Source: a virus
IMG/VR virus record: IMGVR_UViG_3300021962_000036
Coordinates: 32,001 to 96,000 of that record
DNA: 64,000 bases
Strand: one strand, 5' to 3'
Translations under genes and position numbers: made by a program
In this document: positions 1 through 7,462 of the stretch, piece after piece
How positions within the stretch are numbered: position 1 is the stretch's first letter
How the letters are laid out: each line of letters opens with the position of its first letter
The notes under the pieces: model-generated
Seen by the model: the letters and a program-made list of their open reading frames with translations, nothing else
What the model was told of the DNA's origin: nothing
Databases searched by the model: none

Positions 1-711
1 AACACTACAATACCATGTATTCCAATTCCTGTATCTAATATTCAAATAACAGATGTAACAAGCACAGGTTCTAAAATAACTTGGTCTGCTCCAAATAATG
101 GAACTGTGTCAGAATCACCTTTACAATATTTACTAAAAGTATATGAGTGGAATGGTTCATCAACAGTAGGTTCACCTATTGTTAGTGTTATCAAACCTTT
201 TGGAACAAATTTTCATGACATAACACTTGTTCCTGATCCAGCAAAAGATTATCAAATACAAATTACAGCTGAATATTCTTGTGATCTGTCTACTGTTGCA
301 ACTACCATTGGTAAAATTGCTTTGACAACTGTCCTATATTGTGTAGCTGTAACAGATGTTGCATATGATGAAATCAATCAATTATGTGATGGTAATTCAT
401 ATGTTACAAAAAGAAGAAAAACAACCCTTACACTAAAAGATATAGTTTCAGGTAATCCTGTAGCAAATACTTTAGCACCATTTACTGCTGTAATTAATTA
501 TGACATAGATGGAGATTGTGCTTTAATTACTTCAGAATCAATTACAAAAACATTTGCAACAGGTGTTTCTAGTGTAGATCATATTTATGAAATGGAAAAA
601 TATGTTCAATGTGCATCAGATCCATGTGCTCCTAAGATTAAATCCTACAATTGTATTGGAAGTATCTCAAGCACAAGAGCTGTAGCATGTAGTGGTGAGG
701 TAACTTGTTAA
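1..711 (+). CDS. 5'-truncated Cys-rich virion surface protein with an FN3-like domain
   Basis: Frame 1 is open from base 1 (NTTIPCIPIPVSNIQITDVTSTGSKITWSAP...YLLKVY...YQIQITA), an FN3 signature, so the track start at 106 is internal. C-terminus is Cys-rich. Confidence 0.75.
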   Translation, partial: NTTIPCIPIPVSNIQITDVTSTGSKITWSAPNNGTVSESPLQYLLKVYEWNGSSTVGSPIVSVIKPFGTNFHDITLVPDPAKDYQIQITAEYSCDLSTVATTIGKIALTTVLYCVAVTDVAYDEINQLCDGNSYVTKRRKTTLTLKDIVSGNPVANTLAPFTAVINYDIDGDCALITSESITKTFATGVSSVDHIYEMEKYVQCASDPCAPKIKSYNCIGSISSTRAVACSGEVTC

Positions 712-740
712 TTAAATAGAAACAAATAAAATATAATATA

Positions 741-2342
741 ATGTATCCTAATCAATATTGTCATCCTTGCACAGAGCCAACACCATGTGTTCCAGCTCCA
801 CCACCACCAGATTGTATAGGTGAACCATGTGAAGAAATTGTTCTAGACACATGTGTAAGATATACAGGACCTGCAATTCCATGTCTTGGAATTACTACAG
901 GTGCAGATCTTAGTCAAGTACTACAAATTATTGCAGCAAGACTTTGTGATTGTTGTGATGGAACACCTCCAGTTGTAAATTGCGTAGTTTCTGCATGGTC
1001 AGAATGGTCAGAATGTATAGATGGTGTTCAGACAAGAACTAGAACAGTAATTCAAGCTCCACAAAATGGCGGTACTGCTTGTCCTCCATTAATAGAAACA
1101 AGATCATGTTGTGAGCCTGTTGACTGTGTAGTATCTGCATGGAGTGATTGGTCAATTTGTGATGGGGATGTTAGAACAAGAACAAGAACTGTTGTTACGC
1201 CAGCATCATGTGGTGGAGTAGCTTGTCCTGTTTTAATTGAAACAGAATCTTGTAACTTACCATTGCCATGTCAACCAATAACAAATATTCTTGGTAGATC
1301 ATTAGATTGTGAAACAATTGAAGTATCATTTTCAGATGGAGCTACAGGTCCAGCAACAAGTTTAGTTGCAGAATTAGTTAGTACAAGTGCACCTTCTGTT
1401 GTTTTACAGTCATTTACTTTCACAACAACTGGCGCTGCTGCATCATATTCTCATACATTTACAGCTGTTGCTCCTGGTTCATACCTTATAAAAGTTTATA
1501 AAACTAGTGCAGCAGGAACTTGTGATGTTGTTACAACTTCTGCTGTAACAGTTGAAGTTTGCGCAACATGTGTGCCATTAACAGACATAGATGTTTTATC
1601 TGACAATTGTGAAACTTTACAAATTTCATTAACTGATGATGGAAACGCTACTGTTTTGTATGCTGAATTATTTAACAATAATGCACCAACTATAGTTGTA
1701 TCTACCAAAACATGGACTCCATTAGGATCAGCTACTGTTTATAGTCATACTTTCACAGGATTAACTCCAGGAAATTATTTTGTAAAAATTTACAAAGATG
1801 CTGGTACTGTAAAATGTGATACAGTTGTAACAAGTGCTGTTTTAGTACAAGGATGTCCTGTAGATTGTGTTGTTTCAGATTGGTCTGCATGGTCTGAATG
1901 TATTGAAGGTGAACAAACTAGAACAAGAACAATAGTTACACCTGCATCAAATGGTGGAACTCCATGTCCTGTATTGACAGAAACACAACCTTGTGAAATA
2001 CCATGTGTCCCTTTAACAAACTTTACAGCAATATCTGATAATTGTGAAACGTTAACCGTTTCAGCAGTAGATAATGGAGAAGCAACAGATTTACATGTAA
2101 CATTGTATAATGCATCTAACCCAACAGTGCCTTTATTTACTCATGATTGGATTCCTACTGGAAATCCTGGATCATACACACATACATTTACAGGTCTTTC
2201 AGGAGGAACTTATATTGCAATAATTTACAAATTGTCAGATCGTTCAACTTGTGATCCAATATCATCAGCAAATGTTGTTGTTGAAACATGTAAATCAGCA
2301 TGTCCTGCACCAACAGGAGTATCAGCTACAGTAACAGCTTAA
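741..2342 (+). CDS. Cys-rich protein with three TSP1 (spondin-type) repeats and three Ig/FN3-like repeats
   Basis: Three copies of C-V-V-S-x-W-S-x-W-S-x-C...R-T-R-T...GGxxCP...C (981-1109, 1125-1253, 1866-1994) plus three CxPxT..CET..YxHTFT..G.Y beta-sandwich repeats. Confidence 0.85.
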   Translation: MYPNQYCHPCTEPTPCVPAPPPPDCIGEPCEEIVLDTCVRYTGPAIPCLGITTGADLSQVLQIIAARLCDCCDGTPPVVNCVVSAWSEWSECIDGVQTRTRTVIQAPQNGGTACPPLIETRSCCEPVDCVVSAWSDWSICDGDVRTRTRTVVTPASCGGVACPVLIETESCNLPLPCQPITNILGRSLDCETIEVSFSDGATGPATSLVAELVSTSAPSVVLQSFTFTTTGAAASYSHTFTAVAPGSYLIKVYKTSAAGTCDVVTTSAVTVEVCATCVPLTDIDVLSDNCETLQISLTDDGNATVLYAELFNNNAPTIVVSTKTWTPLGSATVYSHTFTGLTPGNYFVKIYKDAGTVKCDTVVTSAVLVQGCPVDCVVSDWSAWSECIEGEQTRTRTIVTPASNGGTPCPVLTETQPCEIPCVPLTNFTAISDNCETLTVSAVDNGEATDLHVTLYNASNPTVPLFTHDWIPTGNPGSYTHTFTGLSGGTYIAIIYKLSDRSTCDPISSANVVVETCKSACPAPTGVSATVTA

Positions 2343-2366
2343 CAAAAAAATAAAAAAAATAAACAA

Positions 2367-3149
2367 ATGGCAACATTAACTATAAATTTTACACCAGTAT
2401 CAGGAATATCAAGTTATGAAATTTGTTATAGACCTGTAGGTGCAACAACTCCTTTTATTTGTATAGAAGATTCCGCATCACCTGTTGTTATAACTTCAGG
2501 GATTGAATGTGGTGTTGCATATGATGTGACAGTAAGAACAAACTGCCCTCCAGGAGAATATTTATCAGACCAAAGTACATCTGCTGTTGCAGTAGCTACA
2601 GCACTAGAATGTCCTCCTGAAATAGTATGTGTATCTTACACAATATCAACATCATCAGCTCAAGGACAAACTTCAGCTTATATTGATTGCATGGATCAAA
2701 TTCAACAAGTAACTGTAGGAGGTGTTAGTGGATATGACGCAACTACATTCTGTGCAAAAGAAGGTAGCGTTGTAATAGCTGGTGAATGTAATCTAACAAT
2801 TAATGGCCCATGTGGTGACCCAGTAGGTCCAATTACAGTAACTGGTGCGTATGGTTCAATGGAACCATGTATTGGCGGTACAATTGATGATTATATGAGT
2901 GCTAGTGTTAGTTTAGATGCTCCAGTTTCTGTAGACACAAATTTTAACGTAAATGTTTTATGGACTCAGTTAAATGGTGGCAGTTGTGCCAGTCCTAATA
3001 CTCAATCATTTACAGTTCTTGTACTAGCTGGGCAAGTATCTGGTCAATTAAATGCATGTAATCAAGGAGCTTATTTTGCACAAGGAGCATCTATTTGTGC
3101 AGCTCAAGTAATGGGTCATGACAACACAGTTGACATAATTAATTACTAA
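2367..3149 (+). CDS. Cys-rich virion protein with an N-terminal FN3-like domain
   Basis: LTINFTP..SYEICYRP..YDVTVRTNC FN3-like pattern; Cys-rich; follows an A-rich leader. Confidence 0.7.
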   Translation: MATLTINFTPVSGISSYEICYRPVGATTPFICIEDSASPVVITSGIECGVAYDVTVRTNCPPGEYLSDQSTSAVAVATALECPPEIVCVSYTISTSSAQGQTSAYIDCMDQIQQVTVGGVSGYDATTFCAKEGSVVIAGECNLTINGPCGDPVGPITVTGAYGSMEPCIGGTIDDYMSASVSLDAPVSVDTNFNVNVLWTQLNGGSCASPNTQSFTVLVLAGQVSGQLNACNQGAYFAQGASICAAQVMGHDNTVDIINY

Positions 3150-3203
3150 TAAAGATAATAGTCATGCATTAGGTTTGTTGGTTTTCCTACTGTTTTGATG
3201 GAA

Positions 3204-3235
3204 GTGCCCCTGGCGAAAGCTGGGGGTATCTTTTT
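3204..3235 (+). terminator. Intrinsic terminator
   Basis: GTGCCCCTGGC-GAAA-GCTGGGGGTAT stem with a GNRA tetraloop, followed by CTTTTT, after the Cys-rich gene cluster. Confidence 0.8.
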
Positions 3236-3274
3236 AAAAACCAATTGTTTATAAGAAATTATAAATTAATTTCC

Positions 3275-3282
3275 TATTTTTG
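3275..3282 (+). promoter_or_regulatory. Possible Bacteroidota sigma-A -7 box
   Basis: TATTTTTG matches TAnnTTTG, 28 nt upstream of the ATG at 3311; no well-spaced -33 TTTG. Confidence 0.4.
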
Positions 3283-3310
3283 CTAAAGTTTAACCATATT
3301 AAAATAACCT

Positions 3311-4657
3311 ATGAATATTATTTCAGCAGTATACCATAGTTTAAAAAGAAAGAAGTCAGCAGAAGCTGAGTCTCAAAGACTAGGTATTTCAGTATCTTAT
3401 TATCAAAAGATAAAAGAAGAAGTCATTAAAGTTTTAAATGAAGCAGGTTCAAGAATAGATTCTGTTGTCATTCAAATGGTAGAAGCAAATTTAACAAAAA
3501 AATCTGAGTCAGTTTCAAATGAAGAAATTTTATTTGAACTAGAACAACAACTTGGCATTGATGCTAAAGACAGATTCTACAACAAAGAGGAAGATTCTAA
3601 AAGAATTGAAATTCATGAAGATCTAGAATCAGGAACCAGTAAGATCACTGGCCTGTCTGCAACAGAGCCACGTAGTGCAGAAGAAATTATTGCATTATTA
3701 AAGATAGACACAAAGAAATGGAAACTATCTCAATATTGGAATAAAGAGAAAGGCACAAAATGGTTAGTATCTGCTTTAGTTAGTAGAGTACCACAAGAAG
3801 AAAAAATACAAAGTACATTCTTAGAGTTACTTGAAACATATCAAGTTCCACAAATAACACCACTAGACCCTGCAGCTTTTTGGCAGAACACAAGTTCTCA
3901 AGAAAAAGTTTGCGGGGTTCTTTCATTACAAGACTTGCATTTTGGTAAAGTTGGAAATGAAAACATGAAAGAGATCTTAAATGACTCTGTAAGCTACTTA
4001 ATTGACAAAGCTAATAGAAACTACGTCTTGGAGAAGATAGTGTTTGTAATAGGCCCAGATACGCTCAACATGGATACATTTGGTGGTACAACCACTAAAG
4101 GAACTCCAGTAGAGAACTCTGAGATGGCAACAGAGGCTTACATAAAAGCTTTTGATGGTATATGTCAAGCAATAGGTACAGCTAAACAGTTTTGTGAGAA
4201 GCTGGAAGTATTGTTTATACCTGGTAATCATGATAGGTTAAGTTCCTTTCATTTGTTACACGCTGTTTCTCAAGCATTTAAGACATGGGATGATATTAAT
4301 TTTAACGTAGCCTATGCTGAGAGAAAAGTTGTAACTTATGGCTTGAACATGCTTTGTTTTGAGCATGGTGACGTGACTGCCAAAAATAATCCTTTGGTTT
4401 ATGCAGTTGAGTTTCCTAATGAATGGGGAGTTTCTAAGTATAGAATGCTTTATACAGGACACTACCATGGACGCAAGACAACTCAGTTTGTGACTGAAAA
4501 TGAACAAAATGGTTTTGTTACAAGAATAATTCCAGCATTGACTTCATCTGATTATTACCACTATCATAATAAATATGTGGGAAATACGCGTTCTGCTATA
4601 ATGCATATTCATGATTCTTCTAAAGGATTGATCAGTGAATTTACATATACTGTCTAA
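3311..4657 (+). CDS. Calcineurin-like metallophosphoesterase with an N-terminal helical/HTH-like region
   Basis: Motifs DLHFG, GPD, PGNHD, HGD, GHYH in canonical order. Confidence 0.85.
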   Translation: MNIISAVYHSLKRKKSAEAESQRLGISVSYYQKIKEEVIKVLNEAGSRIDSVVIQMVEANLTKKSESVSNEEILFELEQQLGIDAKDRFYNKEEDSKRIEIHEDLESGTSKITGLSATEPRSAEEIIALLKIDTKKWKLSQYWNKEKGTKWLVSALVSRVPQEEKIQSTFLELLETYQVPQITPLDPAAFWQNTSSQEKVCGVLSLQDLHFGKVGNENMKEILNDSVSYLIDKANRNYVLEKIVFVIGPDTLNMDTFGGTTTKGTPVENSEMATEAYIKAFDGICQAIGTAKQFCEKLEVLFIPGNHDRLSSFHLLHAVSQAFKTWDDINFNVAYAERKVVTYGLNMLCFEHGDVTAKNNPLVYAVEFPNEWGVSKYRMLYTGHYHGRKTTQFVTENEQNGFVTRIIPALTSSDYYHYHNKYVGNTRSAIMHIHDSSKGLISEFTYTV

Positions 4658-4695
4658 TTAATCAAGGAAGTTCTTTATAATGTCCCAAAAATTTA

Positions 4696-4713
4696 GTAAA
4701 TTCTTATTGTAGG
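4696..4713 (+). promoter_or_regulatory. Putative phage promoter motif, copy 1
   Basis: GTAAATTCTTATTGTAGG, near-identical to 16136-16153; intergenic, 6 nt before the ATG at 4720. Confidence 0.55.
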
Positions 4714-4719
4714 TATCAT

Positions 4720-5298
4720 ATGAAAGATGCAAGAAAACCAAATCTTAATGCGCCTCGTTTCAGACCCAGTGCTGAAGGAACTTTAAACTCAGAATTTATT
4801 GAGTTACTTAAACAAAAAGTCCCTTCTGCAAAAGACTTAAGTGCTGCTGATGTGAAGAAAATAATTCACACATTCAACACAAACCTTTGGTCTACTGTGA
4901 TTGAAAATAGAGATGGTGTTGAGATTCCAGAACAAATTGGACATCTTTTTATAGGAACTTGTCAACCAAGGCGTAGTCCAAATGTTGACTACAAGACTAG
5001 TGCTGAATATATGAAAGTCATAGAATTTCGCAACTGGGAAAGTGATCAACATTTGGCAAAGATTTTTTATACAACCTATGGTACAAAGTATAGGTTTAAG
5101 AATCATGAACTTTGGGGATTTAAACCTACAAGAGCATTTAAAAGAATGGTCAGTAAAACATATCCTGAAAAATGGAAACAATATGTGGAGATTGATCCTG
5201 CAATAAAAATATCAAGTATGTTCAGAACTAAAGGTTATGAATCTTTTAAAGAACAGATTGAACCAGACATAACAATGTATAACGAATTTGAATTATAA
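4720..5298 (+). CDS. HU/IHF-like DNA-binding protein (crAss-type)
   Basis: Helix-helix (LSAADVKKIIHTF..LWSTVIEN) then GVEIPEQIGHLFI strand and a later FKPTRAFK; position before the tail ring genes as in crAss-like phages. Confidence 0.6.
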   Translation: MKDARKPNLNAPRFRPSAEGTLNSEFIELLKQKVPSAKDLSAADVKKIIHTFNTNLWSTVIENRDGVEIPEQIGHLFIGTCQPRRSPNVDYKTSAEYMKVIEFRNWESDQHLAKIFYTTYGTKYRFKNHELWGFKPTRAFKRMVSKTYPEKWKQYVEIDPAIKISSMFRTKGYESFKEQIEPDITMYNEFEL

Positions 5299-5301
5299 CA
5301 A

Positions 5302-5973
5302 ATGATTACAATAGGTGAAGTATTATCAAGGCTGCGTAACCAAGTAAAAGCTGTTAAGCAGGATGCTTTCCTGACTGACCGTTTCTTGTATTCTCTTGTT
5401 AATAAACATGCAAAACTAATGATGCGTAGACAAGACAACTTGAATCGCATTATGAAATATCAATCAGTGTTTCAAACTCTAGATTTTATAGAGTTAATTG
5501 AAGTAGATAGAGCACAAGCTCAATGTCATGGTATTGAAACAGGTTGTTACTTTAAAAGAACAAAAGATAAATTACCTGAATTGTATGATGGATACTGGGG
5601 ACCATTGATTAGAGCTGTTACGTCATTAGATTTATCAGAAGACTTAACAAGCACATATCCTACTACTTACCAACAAATGGAAAGACAAAAAACATTTAAG
5701 TACAATAAGAAAAAGTATTATTGGTATTTAGATGGTCATTTGTACTTTCCTAATTTAGAATGGGACGCTGTTAGAATTGAAGGTGTGTTTGAAGGTGATA
5801 TTTCTAAATACAATTGTGATCCTGCGGATGACTGTCAATATGTTCAAGATAGTCCATTTAATGTTCCTGAACACTTGTTCCCTGAAATAGAACAACTTGC
5901 TATGAGAGATTTAGGATTAATGATGCAGGTTCCACAAGATGCTGCACAGGATCTTAAACACACTGCTAGATAA
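5302..5973 (+). CDS. Putative tail ring / tubular structural protein
   Basis: Helical N-terminus, beta-rich YYWYLDGHLYF core, C-terminal PFNVPEHL..IEQLA helix; synteny upstream of the muzzle. Confidence 0.5.
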   Translation: MITIGEVLSRLRNQVKAVKQDAFLTDRFLYSLVNKHAKLMMRRQDNLNRIMKYQSVFQTLDFIELIEVDRAQAQCHGIETGCYFKRTKDKLPELYDGYWGPLIRAVTSLDLSEDLTSTYPTTYQQMERQKTFKYNKKKYYWYLDGHLYFPNLEWDAVRIEGVFEGDISKYNCDPADDCQYVQDSPFNVPEHLFPEIEQLAMRDLGLMMQVPQDAAQDLKHTAR

Positions 5974-5990
5974 TTTTAATATAAAACACT

Positions 5991-7091
5991 ATGTTGACTG
6001 AAGTACAATATAAAGAATTTGATGAACTACTTGAGAGTGTCAAGATAGATATGAGAACTTATGACTTAGAAAGTTCAATAGATCCTCAGCAACTAATTAA
6101 AGTTGCCATGAAGGTTAACTATGAGCTAGGTCTTAAAGTAAACCCATCACGTTCAAAAGCTATAGAAATTCATAAAGGTAAAGGTAAGTTACCTCAAGAC
6201 TTTTATGTGTTAAACTTTGCACTTGTATGTGAAGGTCATAATTCATACTACCTACAAGAAAGAGCAAAAACTTATACAGAAGGAATGCTAGAGGGAGTCC
6301 TGCTTGCTCAAAAAATGTTTAAACTTACAGGTGGTAGTAATGTAAGACAATATAGTGTTATAAGAAATATTCTACCAGGAATCAATGTTATAAATCACAA
6401 CATTGGTACTGCAAATATTTTAGTTCAAGCTTTGAGCATTGATGGCAATCTGCTTTCATTTGAAATTCATCATTTAGATAATAATAGTTTTGAATTAATA
6501 TCAGAATCTAGTGAAATTATCACAGAAGTAAGATTGGTTGTAATGGGTGGTAACACAATTGCAACTACAAGTGGTGGAACAAGTGCTGAAATTGTTAGTG
6601 ATTCACAAGGTAAAAAAGTTGTAGCATATAACTTAAATGGTAGAAGATATGAGCATTCTCATTTGATACCATTAAGAATTGAAAAAAGCAAATCAGTATC
6701 AGCTGATTGTTTTAATTTAAACAGTCATGATCCTAATGTAGCGTATATAAAGAATGGATTTCTAGTAACAAACTTTGATGAGGGTGTTGTTTACATTAAC
6801 TACCAAAGTTTAATGGAAGACGACAAAGGAAACTTATTGGTAATGGAACATCCATTGGTAAATGAATACTATGAGTATGCTTTGAAACAGAGAATATATG
6901 AAAACTTGTATATGTCTGGAGAGAATGTACTTAACTATTTACAGTTAGTAGAACAAAAACTTAGAGCATCAAGAAACAATGCTTTGTCTTTTGTGAATAC
7001 ACCTGACTTTAGAGAATTAAAGCAGACATGGGAAATGAATAGAAAAGCACAGTATCACAATTACTATAACATGTTTAAGAGTAGAATCTAA
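5991..7091 (+). CDS. Putative tail tubular / ring protein (P22 gp4-like role) with an inserted beta domain
   Basis: IEIHKGKGKLPQDF...AYIKNGFLVTNFDEGVVYINYQS...EYYEYALK pattern; directly upstream of the muzzle. Confidence 0.55.
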   Translation: MLTEVQYKEFDELLESVKIDMRTYDLESSIDPQQLIKVAMKVNYELGLKVNPSRSKAIEIHKGKGKLPQDFYVLNFALVCEGHNSYYLQERAKTYTEGMLEGVLLAQKMFKLTGGSNVRQYSVIRNILPGINVINHNIGTANILVQALSIDGNLLSFEIHHLDNNSFELISESSEIITEVRLVVMGGNTIATTSGGTSAEIVSDSQGKKVVAYNLNGRRYEHSHLIPLRIEKSKSVSADCFNLNSHDPNVAYIKNGFLVTNFDEGVVYINYQSLMEDDKGNLLVMEHPLVNEYYEYALKQRIYENLYMSGENVLNYLQLVEQKLRASRNNALSFVNTPDFRELKQTWEMNRKAQYHNYYNMFKSRI

Positions 7092-7462
7092 TGGCTGCTA
7101 AAATATTTAAAAAAAAAATAAATCTTGCTATCTATGAAGCTGTAGTAAACTTACGCGTTGTAGAAAGTATGCAAGACATGCAAGAGTATCTTGACAAAAA
7201 AACTAAATCTTTAGTAGATGTTACAGATAGTTATGGATGTGTTTTTGATTTACCTGGTGCAAAAGGATTGGAATATTATATTGTTTATGAAAAAGATAAA
7301 CTTACTATAAATTTAATCTCTCATGAGGTATATCATTTAGCTATTAGAATTTTAACAAACATAAACATAACAGATGAGGAATCAACTGCATGGTTAGTAG
7401 GTTACTTGACAGAAACAATATATAAAGTATTACGTCAGAAAAATTACAACATCAAAGACTAA
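7091..7462 (+). CDS. Small HExxH protein, putative minimal zincin metallopeptidase
   Basis: LISHEVYHLA followed by DEESTAWLVG; TAATG overlaps with both neighbours. Confidence 0.6.
   Translation: MAAKIFKKKINLAIYEAVVNLRVVESMQDMQEYLDKKTKSLVDVTDSYGCVFDLPGAKGLEYYIVYEKDKLTINLISHEVYHLAIRILTNINITDEESTAWLVGYLTETIYKVLRQKNYNIKD

Noticed and set aside
741-2342. Eukaryotic or giant-virus origin of the contig, suggested by TSP1 repeats
   Set aside because: Holin/amidase, S74 fibres, overlapping genes, intrinsic terminators and Bacteroidota promoters indicate a bacteriophage.
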